NCBI GenBank assembly: GCA_001816655.1
Contig: MHCP01000028.1
Coordinates: 99,848 to 141,375, forward strand
DNA: 41,528 nt
DNA from: Candidatus Woykebacteria bacterium RBG_13_40_15
Lineage (GTDB): Bacteria; Patescibacteriota; Microgenomatia; Woykebacterales; RBG-16-39-9b
Direction: 5' to 3'
The position numbers were made by a program, and so were the translations under genes. Positions 15,309 to 24,152 of the stretch are shown here, one piece after another. Each line of letters opens with the position of its first letter. Positions within the stretch are counted from its first letter, which is position 1. The notes below the pieces were generated by a model. That model ran no database searches. It was not told the DNA's origin and saw only the letters and a program-made list of their open reading frames with translations.

Positions 15309-16493
15309 TCAAGCCTTGGCTCGGCGCAGGATAAGCCTAAATAAATCCAAGTATTGCAATCCGACAGACGGCCAGGTCATAATTCTACCATAATCATAAG
15401 CTTTTCTTTCTATTTGACTTTTGAATTTTTGGTCGGAGTGAATTTTTATTATCGCTTCAGAAATAGATTTGGATTCACGAAACGGCACTAAAATACCACG
15501 ATTTTGATCTAAAACTTCTTGAGCATAGATATAAGGTGTTGAAATACACGCCTTTCCGGCTCCTACAGCGTAAGACAGCGTACCGCTCGCTACCTGTCCT
15601 GGATCTAAGTACGGGGTAATATAGATATCCAATGAACGTAAATAATTAACAAGCTCTTCCAAAGGCAGGTATGAATTGATGAATTTGACATGCTTGGTCA
15701 TCTTTAGGTTTTTTACTAATTTTTCTAATCTATGGCGATATTCTTCACCTTTTTTGGTTTTAACGACCGGATGTGTCTCACCAATTATTAGATAGATAAA
15801 ATTTGGAATTTTTTTAACTATTTCTGGAATGGCTTCGATTGCATATTCAATTCCCTTATTTTCAGAAAGTAGGTTTATCGACCCTAAAACAAACTTACCT
15901 CGAAGTTTTTGCTGCTTTTTAAAAAACTCTGTACCTCCAAATGGAACATCCGGAACACCGTGTGGGACAAAAACAATCTTTTTCCTACTTACTTGATATG
16001 TTTTAACCAGCCGATCGGCAATACTTTCAATCATAACCACTACGGCTGAAGACAGTAAGCTAATTCTTTTGATTATTTCTTTTTGAGTGGGGGTTGGATT
16101 TTCTTTTACTGTATGGAAAGTTGTAACAATTGGTTTTTTTATTCTTTCGAGAAAAGAAATTGCGTATTCACCATCCTTTCCGCCAAAGAGCCCAAATTCG
16201 TGCTGGAGACAGACAATCTCAGCGCTACTATCATTAATGTAATCCGCAGCCCCTATATAAGTCCGAAGGTCGTCTTGATTGATTCTAAATTTTACCTCCC
16301 ATGGATAATCGTAGCCGTTGTTATTGAGAACCATTATTTCAGCCAAAGCCCTTGGGTTAAGCGCGTTAATTGCATTAGTTAAATCTTTTGTAAATGTTGC
16401 TATTCCACATTTCCGAGGAATATAACTAGCAACATAGATTGACCTTATGAGTCGCTCTTCCAATTCTAAATTTTTCAAGTATTTCTTAGCCAT
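15309..16493 (-). CDS. Glycosyltransferase, GT4-like (group 1)
   Basis: GT-B type layout with a C-terminal nucleotide-sugar binding region (GTLSYAVGAGKACISTP...). GGAG RBS. Confidence 0.75.
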   Translation of the reverse strand: MAKKYLKNLELEERLIRSIYVASYIPRKCGIATFTKDLTNAINALNPRALAEIMVLNNNGYDYPWEVKFRINQDDLRTYIGAADYINDSSAEIVCLQHEFGLFGGKDGEYAISFLERIKKPIVTTFHTVKENPTPTQKEIIKRISLLSSAVVVMIESIADRLVKTYQVSRKKIVFVPHGVPDVPFGGTEFFKKQQKLRGKFVLGSINLLSENKGIEYAIEAIPEIVKKIPNFIYLIIGETHPVVKTKKGEEYRHRLEKLVKNLKMTKHVKFINSYLPLEELVNYLRSLDIYITPYLDPGQVASGTLSYAVGAGKACISTPYIYAQEVLDQNRGILVPFRESKSISEAIIKIHSDQKFKSQIERKAYDYGRIMTWPSVGLQYLDLFRLILRRAKA

Positions 16494-16876
16494 AAATTAA
16501 AATTAACTCCAAGGACGAAGAACCGTGGTTTGAGATGATAAAAGTATCCTAATTTTAAATTTTACTCATTTTACACCATTACGTCAATAAAACGCTCCTC
16601 TATTTAGAATTTTGAACCTGTTTCCTTGACATAAATACCTCTTCTGTGAAATACTTTTTACTAGTGTTACCCCTTTTGATTGGAGAAGAGCCGAAAGCTA
16701 TCGCTAGATAAGTTAATTCTAGCTAGCAGCACACTTAAAACTTGCCCTTCTGAACAGCCATCTGTAAACCTGCCCAAGAAGTGCGCAGTTAGCCAGACTT
16801 AGCTTAAAAATAGTGGGAGAGGGTTCCTCAAATGCCGGAGAATCTGTGTCCTCCGTCTTGCCCAAGCGGAAACACA

Positions 16877-16920
16877 GTAGCCCCTCGTTGGGGCTACTAA
16901 CAAAACCCCACGAGGGGCTA
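16877..16920 (-). terminator. Terminator region with mutually exclusive helices after the mreB-GT4-GT26 operon
   Basis: GTAGCCCC/GGGGCTAC (16877-16897), or TAGCCCCTCG (16878-16887) pairing with CGAGGGGCTA (16911-16920). On the minus strand the hairpins are followed by TTTTGTT and TGTGTTT. Confidence 0.55.
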
Positions 16921-16946
16921 TTTCTTTGGGATAAAAAGTTTTTTAA

Positions 16947-17690
16947 TTAGTGGGATTGGAAAATATTTCTTAGTTTTTCTCTGGCAATCAGATAAGTGAA
17001 TATCGGAATAGCTAGTTGTCTTTTAAACCGCCACGGCTGCTTAATTAGGCGGAAAAGCCATTCCAAACCAATTTTTCTTATAAAAACCGGGGCTCTTGCT
17101 ACTCCCCCAGAGAGGAAATCAAACGAACCCCCTTCGGCAATCATCAATGGTACGTGTACCTTTTCTAGATTTCTCTCGATCCATTTTTCTTGTTTAGGAA
17201 ACCCTATGGCTACGAAAACAACATCCGGACCGTATTTTTTTATATCGTCGATCACTTCGTTGTCATCCAAAGCATACCCATGATGGTAGGATACCAAATT
17301 TATCCCTTGATATTTTTCTTTTATTTTATTCGCTAATCTCTCCACTACAGGCGGCCTACCACCAAATAAATATATGGAATAGCCCTTTCCAGCACACATT
17401 TCAATGATTTTTTCCATTAATATCGCGTCGCCAACTCTCTCTTTCAAGGGATTTTTAAGAAGCCTTGAGGCTAAAAGAAGACCAAACCCATCAGGTACTG
17501 CTAAAGAGGCCTTATTTAAGATTTGGCGGAAGCCTTGATCCTTATTAGCTAAAACTAAAATTTCTGGGTTTGGCTTAACGACATAATTTCTTTTTCCTCT
17601 TCTTCCCTCTTGAATAAGAGCGTCAATTTTTTCTAATGTCTCCTTTTGATTAAGATTGTCGATTTTGACCCCTAAAAACTCAATTTTCAT
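16947..17690 (-). CDS. WecG/TagA/CpsF-family glycosyltransferase (GT26)
   Basis: The FLGVKIDNL...PNPEILV...PDGFGLL...GFPKQEKW pattern. Start placed at the ATG at 17690 (ATGAAAATTGA overlap with the upstream stop). Confidence 0.8.
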   Translation of the reverse strand: MKIEFLGVKIDNLNQKETLEKIDALIQEGRRGKRNYVVKPNPEILVLANKDQGFRQILNKASLAVPDGFGLLLASRLLKNPLKERVGDAILMEKIIEMCAGKGYSIYLFGGRPPVVERLANKIKEKYQGINLVSYHHGYALDDNEVIDDIKKYGPDVVFVAIGFPKQEKWIERNLEKVHVPLMIAEGGSFDFLSGGVARAPVFIRKIGLEWLFRLIKQPWRFKRQLAIPIFTYLIAREKLRNIFQSH

Positions 17691-18807
17691 TGATTTCCGT
17701 CCCTTTTCTATAAACTTTATCAAACACTTTTAGTGTTTCGGTGGCTGTTTTTTCCCAACTAAAGTCTTCTATCCGCTCAAACCCTAGGGATCTTAATTTA
17801 TTTCTTAAATCTGTATCCACCGCCAGATTTCTAAAACCTTCGCTTATCCCATCAATTTTTTTAGGATTAACTAAAAAGGCTGCCCGCCTAGCAATCTCCT
17901 CTGTAGCACCAAAATTAGATGTCATTACAGGGCAACCACAAGCAAAGGCTTCCAGTATCGGCAAACCAAAACCCTCATATAGTGACGGAAACACAAAGGC
18001 GACTGCTCCACTATATAAGGCAGGTAGATCTTCGGTTGGTACAAAACCTAAAAATTTAACTTTATTCTCGATTGAAAGTTTCCGAGGCATATCATAAATA
18101 TTATCGGATAACCAACCCTTTTCGCCTACCAAAACAAGCTTTGTTCTACTTAAATTGGCCTTGGCAAACGCCTCTATAACTCTGGCCAGGTTTTTTCTAG
18201 GCTGAATAGTCCCTACATAAAGAAAATATTTTTCGCTAAGGCCGTATTTTGCTGCTACTTTATCGATTTCTTCAGTTCTTTTTGGCATAAAAACGCCCCT
18301 ATTCACACCTTCGTACACTACAGAAATCCTGTTAGCTGGGACCTTAAGTGTCTTCATTAAATCCCTTTTGGTTGAATTTGATACAGCAATTAAATGGGTA
18401 GCATATTTTGCTACAAATTCGGTGGACCAATTAAGATAAAGCTTCTGGGGAAATTGATGATAAGCTTCAAGAAATTCTGCTCCTAAATCATGGACTGTTA
18501 CAATTGTTTTTAAACTAGGTCTTCGTATAACCGGTATTGTATGCGCAGGAACAAAAAGAATATCAGGGGGAAAGAGAAGGCATTCCCAGGCAAGCCTGAC
18601 TTGGGTCCAAAGCCTTGGCGATCTTATAATTTTAGTGCTAAAATTTGGATGGCTAATCTCAAAAAATTGCGGTATTTTATTAAAATAAAGAACGTAGCGG
18701 TTTTTATTATCTACTAATGATAAACCTTTAATCAGATCTGAGCTATAATTTTCAGTACCAGTTTTTATCTCCTTGGAAATTCTTGAAGCGTCTATTCCAA
18801 TAATCAT
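17680..18807 (-). CDS. Glycosyltransferase family 4 (group 1)
   Basis: PSLYEGFGLPILEAFACGCPVMTSN is the canonical GT4 EX7E region. Confidence 0.85.
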   Translation of the reverse strand: MIIGIDASRISKEIKTGTENYSSDLIKGLSLVDNKNRYVLYFNKIPQFFEISHPNFSTKIIRSPRLWTQVRLAWECLLFPPDILFVPAHTIPVIRRPSLKTIVTVHDLGAEFLEAYHQFPQKLYLNWSTEFVAKYATHLIAVSNSTKRDLMKTLKVPANRISVVYEGVNRGVFMPKRTEEIDKVAAKYGLSEKYFLYVGTIQPRKNLARVIEAFAKANLSRTKLVLVGEKGWLSDNIYDMPRKLSIENKVKFLGFVPTEDLPALYSGAVAFVFPSLYEGFGLPILEAFACGCPVMTSNFGATEEIARRAAFLVNPKKIDGISEGFRNLAVDTDLRNKLRSLGFERIEDFSWEKTATETLKVFDKVYRKGTEINEN

Positions 18808-18815
18808 TACGGTGG

Positions 18816-19820
18816 CTACCTCTTAATAATGCTCTTTCTGTACAGATCAATGTTTTCCAGTACCATGCCTGTTCCATAAACTACACACAACATTGGATCT
18901 TCCGCAACATGACACGGCACACCTAAACTTTCAGTAAAAAATTTATCAATGTTTTTAAGTAAGGATGTACCTCCACTCATTACGATTCCCTTATCTATGA
19001 TATCACTCGCAAGCTCAGGTGGTGTCTGTTCTAAAACTTGTTTAACTGCGTCTAATATTTGATTCAGTACTGGCAAGATGGCATCAGTAGCTTGGCTACT
19101 CTTTAAATCGACTGATTTTGGCAAGCCAGTAATACTATCCCTTCCTCTAATCTCCATAGTCGTATCCTTTTCAAGAGCCGTAGCACTTCCAATAGTTAAT
19201 TTGATTTCCTCAGCTGTCCGCTCACCAATTATCAAATTAAATTTCCTTCTTGCGTAAAGGGCGATCGCCTCATCAATTTTATTACCCGCTACCTTAGCAC
19301 TGTTATAAACTACAACTCCACCAAGCGAGATAACAGCAGCATCGGTCGAACCACCCCCAATATCAACTATCATGTTTCCCGAAGGGGTCGCAATTGGAAT
19401 CTTTGCTCCAATAGCTGCGGCGAGAGGCTCATCAATCAGGTACGCGGTTTTTGCGCCGGCTGAGACTGTTGCATCTAAAACCGCACGCCTTTCTACGCTT
19501 GTTATCCCTGCGGGAACACAGACCATTACTTCTGGTTTAAACAGGCGGAATCGGCCAGCAACTTTGTCTAGGAAAAAACTAAGCATTGCTTCAGTAACTA
19601 TGTAATCAGCAATAACCCCATCTCGAAGTGGTCTGGAAGCTTCTATTTCGTCTGGAGTACGTCCAAGCATCTCCTTTGCCGTATTCCCCACTGCTAAGAT
19701 CCCACCTGTTTCTGAAGATACGGCAACAACCGTCGGTTCATTTAAAACCACACCCTGACCTTCCAAATAAACTAAGGAATTAGCTGTACCTAGGTCAATC
19801 CCGATTTTTTTGGAAAACAT
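18816..19820 (-). CDS. mreB: Rod-shape determining actin homologue MreB
   Basis: IGIDLGTANSLVY, the DGVIAD region and IVDIGGGSTD phosphate and adenosine motifs; 334 aa. Confidence 0.92.
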   Translation of the reverse strand: MFSKKIGIDLGTANSLVYLEGQGVVLNEPTVVAVSSETGGILAVGNTAKEMLGRTPDEIEASRPLRDGVIADYIVTEAMLSFFLDKVAGRFRLFKPEVMVCVPAGITSVERRAVLDATVSAGAKTAYLIDEPLAAAIGAKIPIATPSGNMIVDIGGGSTDAAVISLGGVVVYNSAKVAGNKIDEAIALYARRKFNLIIGERTAEEIKLTIGSATALEKDTTMEIRGRDSITGLPKSVDLKSSQATDAILPVLNQILDAVKQVLEQTPPELASDIIDKGIVMSGGTSLLKNIDKFFTESLGVPCHVAEDPMLCVVYGTGMVLENIDLYRKSIIKR

Positions 19821-19830
19821 GATGGCTTCT

Positions 19831-19905
19831 ATTATATCTTGTCAAAGAAACAATAGAAAGCTTCGCTTCTACGCGAGATGCCTGCCTGCCGGCAGGTAGG
19901 TAATC
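19831..19905 (-). promoter_or_regulatory. Inverted-repeat promoter element, copy C (upstream of mreB), interrupted by two insertions
   Basis: ATTATATCTTGT...AAGAAACAA...GCGAGATG[20-nt CCTGCCTGCCGGCAGGTAGG]TAATC. The TATAAT (rc of 19831-19836) ends 10 nt before the mreB ATG. Confidence 0.55.
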
Positions 19906-20032
19906 TCACTATCATATATTTTGTTCAAAAAGTTTATTAGTCTACAAGATTTTGATTTTTGTAAGTAGTTCAGAAATATCTCAAATGGATCAGATTACTA
20001 ACTAAATATGGTTTTTAACAATCAGCGACTCA

Positions 20033-20061
20033 TTGTACGTTCGTAAAAAATAGAGTAAAAT
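20033..20061 (+). promoter_or_regulatory. Promoter of the PEGA-domain gene (leaderless geometry)
   Basis: TTGTAC, 17 nt, TAAAAT (20056-20061), then 7 nt to the ATG at 20069. No SD. Confidence 0.55.
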
Positions 20062-20068
20062 TTTGCTT

Positions 20069-21205
20069 ATGAATAATCTTTCCAAAATGAAGAGCCTTTT
20101 TGGGCTTCTTACTTTTCTGATAGTTACTTTTATTTTAACAACAGGTTTAATATTTTACGCCAAGGGTTACAGGTTTAATTTAAAGGGGCATTCAGTTGAT
20201 CCTACTGGAATTGTTACAGTAAAATCAAAACCTTCAGGTGCATCAGTTTATATCAACGGGGAGAAAAAGGGACTAACTGATCTTGACATAACCGATCTTT
20301 CTCCAAATAAATACACTATCAAAATAGTAAAGGAGGGTTTTTTCCCTTGGGAAAAGGAAATCGAGGTTAAAAAGGAGGCAGTTAAACTAGTTGAAGTTGT
20401 TCTTATACCCACCGCACCAAGCTTAAAAGCGCTTACATTTACAGGAGTAAGCAGCTTTGTCTTGGCTCCAGATTTAAGCAAGATAGTTTTTTCAGTGACT
20501 GAAAAAGGGTACGCAGGAATCTGGGCGTTGAGCCTTTCAACCCGCCAACTTATAAATATACTTTCTCCAAAACAACTAACTAAAATAGTTACAGATACTA
20601 GCGAAACCTCCTTTTCAACTGCCCCCTACAGCTTCGCTCCTGATGGAAAAAAGATATTGGTAAAGGCGCCCTCACAAAATCCTAGATATTTTATTTTGGA
20701 CCCTTCTACAACAAATGAATCGCCACAAGAAATAAGTGCGGATGAAACCAAAAAGATCGAAACTAGTTGGGAAAACAAAACAAAAGAAATAGAAGTAACC
20801 GAGTTGAAAGCTTTGGGTAGTGAGGCGCAAGAACTAGCTACCACCTTAAGCCAAATCTCTTTTTCGCCGGATAAAACTAAATTTATTGGAACAAACAAGG
20901 AGGGGGTTACATTTCTTTTTGACTCAAAGCTAGAAAGAAACTCCTCTGAAAAGGCTCAGAGCCTTACTTTACCACTCGCAAATAATTATATTTGGTATCC
21001 AGATAGTAAGCACCTAGTTCTAGTTAATAATGATTCAATTTCGCTTATAGAAACTGATGGGACAAATCACACCGTAATTTATACAGGTAATTTCGACCAT
21101 AACTTAGTCGCCCCTACAAACGATGGGTCAAAAATTATAATTCTTACAACTCTCAATTCATCTCCGAGCAAACTGCCCAATCTGTACGCAATCGAATTAC
21201 GCTAA
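20069..21205 (+). CDS. Membrane-anchored PEGA-domain protein with TolB-like beta-propeller repeats
   Basis: N-terminal TM helix and a PEGA motif (SKPSGASVYINGEKKG...YTIKIVKEGF). Repeated xAPDxSKIVF, FAPDGKKILV and FSPDKTKFIG blade-like motifs follow. Confidence 0.75.
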   Translation: MNNLSKMKSLFGLLTFLIVTFILTTGLIFYAKGYRFNLKGHSVDPTGIVTVKSKPSGASVYINGEKKGLTDLDITDLSPNKYTIKIVKEGFFPWEKEIEVKKEAVKLVEVVLIPTAPSLKALTFTGVSSFVLAPDLSKIVFSVTEKGYAGIWALSLSTRQLINILSPKQLTKIVTDTSETSFSTAPYSFAPDGKKILVKAPSQNPRYFILDPSTTNESPQEISADETKKIETSWENKTKEIEVTELKALGSEAQELATTLSQISFSPDKTKFIGTNKEGVTFLFDSKLERNSSEKAQSLTLPLANNYIWYPDSKHLVLVNNDSISLIETDGTNHTVIYTGNFDHNLVAPTNDGSKIIILTTLNSSPSKLPNLYAIELR

Positions 21206-21217
21206 ACTAAACAAGAG

Positions 21218-21904
21218 TTAGATTTTATCAAGCTTGGCCGTGATAATAAGCCGGCGCAGGCTACTGCCTGGTGGATCACAGGTTTGAAGAGTGAGAATGG
21301 GGTCTTTTGAAACTTCCGATAAATATCTCGTGTCAGTCGCTTCTACAACTTGTTTATTGGTAACAATATAATCATATCTTTGTCCTTGATAAAAAGTTGT
21401 CACCCTATCTCCTACCTCTAGCTTTCTAAGTAAATAAAAGACGCTGTTATACTTTTTTGCTTCGAGGGCGTTTATCGCTGAGTGGGCAAATAAAAAGACA
21501 TTGTTATTACCGTTTTTTGTTGATCCAGGAAAAGCTGTCCCTTTAGCATGTGCGACTCCTTTTGAAAGTGCAGCGATATATTCTGGGTAGTTTGCTGCGT
21601 TCACGTTGGCAACTACAGGCGCATTTACATCAATTTTTTCAATAACAATACCGAAATTAGTATCGACAGGAGCTAAACTTAGTGGTGGGAGAGTTTTCTT
21701 TGGCTTGGAAGTGTTAATTTCTTCAGTAACAACTGTTTTTTTACCGTAATGCGAGTGCCACCAATACCATATTTCCTTTTCGATATATGGAGAAAAGGCA
21801 AAGAAGGAGAAAAGAATACCAGATATAATAAGTATGTTGGCAACAGTTCTTATCGCCAGAAAAACCCAAAATCTTTTTCTTTTTGGCAATTTAAGTTTTA
21901 TCAT
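21218..21904 (-). CDS. Sortase-family transpeptidase
   Basis: N-terminal TM anchor, conserved His (FLFAHS), the TLQTC active-site motif and a downstream Arg (LRRLII). Confidence 0.8.
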   Translation of the reverse strand: MIKLKLPKRKRFWVFLAIRTVANILIISGILFSFFAFSPYIEKEIWYWWHSHYGKKTVVTEEINTSKPKKTLPPLSLAPVDTNFGIVIEKIDVNAPVVANVNAANYPEYIAALSKGVAHAKGTAFPGSTKNGNNNVFLFAHSAINALEAKKYNSVFYLLRKLEVGDRVTTFYQGQRYDYIVTNKQVVEATDTRYLSEVSKDPILTLQTCDPPGSSLRRLIITAKLDKI

Positions 21905-22011
21905 AGTTTTTAAACTGAAATAACTGGCGCCCCTGGGAGGACTAGAATACTCCGCATCCTGCGACCACTTCGTGGGCTACGAACTCCAACCTTTCCTTAG
22001 GAAAAAGACGA

Positions 22012-22088
22012 TGGCGCCGATGGAGAGACTCGAACTCTCAACCTTACCCTTAGGACGGGTCTGCTCTGTCCAATTGAGCTACATCGGC
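22012..22088 (-). tRNA. tRNA-Arg (anticodon CCT)
   Basis: GCCGATG acceptor, anticodon loop GTCCTAA, T-arm GAGAG-TTCGAGT-CTCTC, encoded CCA; 77 nt. TGCTAAAAT extended -10 (rc of 22122-22130) lies upstream. Confidence 0.85.
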
Positions 22089-22158
22089 AGTGTAGGCTTG
22101 CCTGACAACGGCCAGGTTTGAATTTTAGCACAATGTGGATTAGAATAAAAGGATTCCG

Positions 22159-22233
22159 CGGGGTGTAGCTCAGAGGAAGAGCGCTGCGTTCGGGACGCAG
22201 AGGTCGCACGTTCAAGTCGTGTCACCCCGACCA
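22159..22233 (+). tRNA. tRNA-Pro (anticodon CGG)
   Basis: CGGGGTG/CACCCCG acceptor, anticodon arm CTGCG-TTCGGGA-CGCAG, T-loop TTCAAGT, encoded CCA; 75 nt. Confidence 0.88.
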
Positions 22234-22289
22234 GCTTAAAAATCCTTTCTTTTTTACTCCGAATTTTATTTCTGCTAAAATTAAGTTGC

Positions 22290-23558
22290 ATGAAGAAAAA
22301 AATTATTTTCGGCTCAATTATAATTTTGTCAGTATTACTAATTGGGCTTGCCTTTCTTCTTTATCATAGAAATTCCTCAAACAATAGCACTCCAACTGCC
22401 CAAAACACAAAAGTAGCAAGTTTTAGCAATATTATTGATGCCAATAATCAATTTGCCTTAGATTACTATTCCAAATTAAAAGGTTCGGAGAAAGGAAACA
22501 TCTTTTTTTCACCATTTAGTATCTCAAGCGCATTAGCAATGACCTATGAAGGAGCAAAGGGGCAAACAGCTAGCGAAATGAAGGGGTTATTTTACTTTCC
22601 TGACATTAGTATTTTAAGAAATGAATATGCTGCTTTATTCGAAGAGCTCAACAAAACCGACAAAAAATATACCCTTAGTACCGCTAACGCCCTTTGGGTA
22701 GAACAAGATTATAAATTTCTGGCCGATTATCTTCAGAGAATAGAAAAATATTACGCCGGTAAAGCTACAAATCTTGATTTCAAAAAAGATCCTGAACGCT
22801 CTCGCATCGAGATAAATAACTGGGTAGAAAAGCAGACACAAGATAAAATAAAAAATTTAATACCATCCGGAGTGATTGACTCATTAACGCGATTAGTTCT
22901 AACCAACGCAATTTATTTTAAAGGAGACTGGGTAAAAGCTTTTAATGAAACGGATACAAATGATGAGAATTTCACCGTTAGCGAAGGTAATAATGTGAAG
23001 GTCCCAATGATGAGCCGAACAGACAAAGATGCCCTCTTTAACTATAGCGAGAATAAGGACCTTCAAATCCTTGAGCTGCCCTATTCTGGAGAGGAATTAT
23101 CAATGTTGATTCTACTACCAAAGGGAAAAAATCTAAACAAAGTAGAAAGCGAGTTAACAACTAAGAAACTAGCAGAGTGGGAAAAAGGTTTTAAAAATGA
23201 AAGAGTTGATATATATATTCCAAAGTTTAAATTCGAAACTAATTACTTTATGGCTGATGATCTGAAGGTGATGGGAATGTCAACCGCTTTCAGCTCAAGA
23301 GCAGATTTTTCAGGGATGGATGGAACAAGAAATCTTTACATCGGACAAGTGATCCACAAAGCATTTATCGAGGTAAACGAAAAAGGAACTGAAGCGGCGG
23401 CCGCTACTGCAGTAGAAATGAAATTTACGTCAGCACCTGGAAATGAGGAACCTAAAATTCCAATCTTCAGGGCAGATCACCCATTTATATTCCTGATTCA
23501 GCAGAAGACTTCAGGTAATATATTGTTTATGGGAAGAGTTACTAACCCTGAACAGTAA
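22290..23558 (+). CDS. Serpin-family protease inhibitor with an N-terminal signal or anchor
   Basis: FSPFSISSALAMTYEGAKGQT and NAIYFKGDWVKAF motifs, hinge and reactive-centre loop GTEAAAATAVEM, and C-terminal FRADHPFIFLI. Confidence 0.88.
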   Translation: MKKKIIFGSIIILSVLLIGLAFLLYHRNSSNNSTPTAQNTKVASFSNIIDANNQFALDYYSKLKGSEKGNIFFSPFSISSALAMTYEGAKGQTASEMKGLFYFPDISILRNEYAALFEELNKTDKKYTLSTANALWVEQDYKFLADYLQRIEKYYAGKATNLDFKKDPERSRIEINNWVEKQTQDKIKNLIPSGVIDSLTRLVLTNAIYFKGDWVKAFNETDTNDENFTVSEGNNVKVPMMSRTDKDALFNYSENKDLQILELPYSGEELSMLILLPKGKNLNKVESELTTKKLAEWEKGFKNERVDIYIPKFKFETNYFMADDLKVMGMSTAFSSRADFSGMDGTRNLYIGQVIHKAFIEVNEKGTEAAAATAVEMKFTSAPGNEEPKIPIFRADHPFIFLIQQKTSGNILFMGRVTNPEQ

Positions 23559-23599
23559 AATTTACCTATTTCGTTCTGGCATTTTCCTTTGTTTTATGT

Positions 23600-23628
23600 T
23601 TGACAACCAAACACTCTTTATTTATAGT
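23600..23628 (+). promoter_or_regulatory. Consensus promoter of the pilin-like gene (leaderless geometry)
   Basis: TTGACA, 17 nt, TATAGT (23623-23628), then 7 nt to the ATG at 23636. No SD. Confidence 0.65.
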
Positions 23629-23635
23629 TTAATTA

Positions 23636-24070
23636 ATGAGCTGCTCTCTCTCCAAAAAGAAAAACCGAGGTTTTACACTCGTTGAACTTTTGATTGTAAT
23701 TGCTATTATTGCTATTTTGATTTCCATCGGTTTTGCTTCCTATGGCAGAGTTCAAAAAAATAGCCGTGACACGCAAAGAAGATCTGATTTAAGAAGTGTC
23801 GCCGGGGCTTTGGAGCAATACTACTCAGATTTTAATAGGTATCCACCAATGTTAGACACTTTAAAAGATGATGTTTTACCTTCAGGATCTCACGTTACAT
23901 ATTTGAAGGATATACCAACGAATCCAACAACCAGCACGCAACCTACCTACAACTTAACTGGAGGTGGAACTCAATCTTACTGCTTAGGTTACCCCTTAGA
24001 AACGGTAACAAATGATAAAAGCTGCGGTGCTACAAGTGGGTTGGGTATTGTCTTAACACCTCAGGATTAG
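23636..24070 (+). CDS. Type IV pilin / pseudopilin-like protein (prepilin N-terminal cleavage/methylation motif)
   Basis: KKKNRGFTLVELLIVIAIIAILISIGF is the class III signal peptide (G/FTLxE) with its hydrophobic helix. Confidence 0.88.
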   Translation: MSCSLSKKKNRGFTLVELLIVIAIIAILISIGFASYGRVQKNSRDTQRRSDLRSVAGALEQYYSDFNRYPPMLDTLKDDVLPSGSHVTYLKDIPTNPTTSTQPTYNLTGGGTQSYCLGYPLETVTNDKSCGATSGLGIVLTPQD

Positions 24071-24152
24071 ATTTCTACTATGCTTTTTAGCCTACGACCT
24101 ACCTACTAACAGTCAGAGGTAGCCGCAAACGAGCTTCCATAGCAAAATATTA

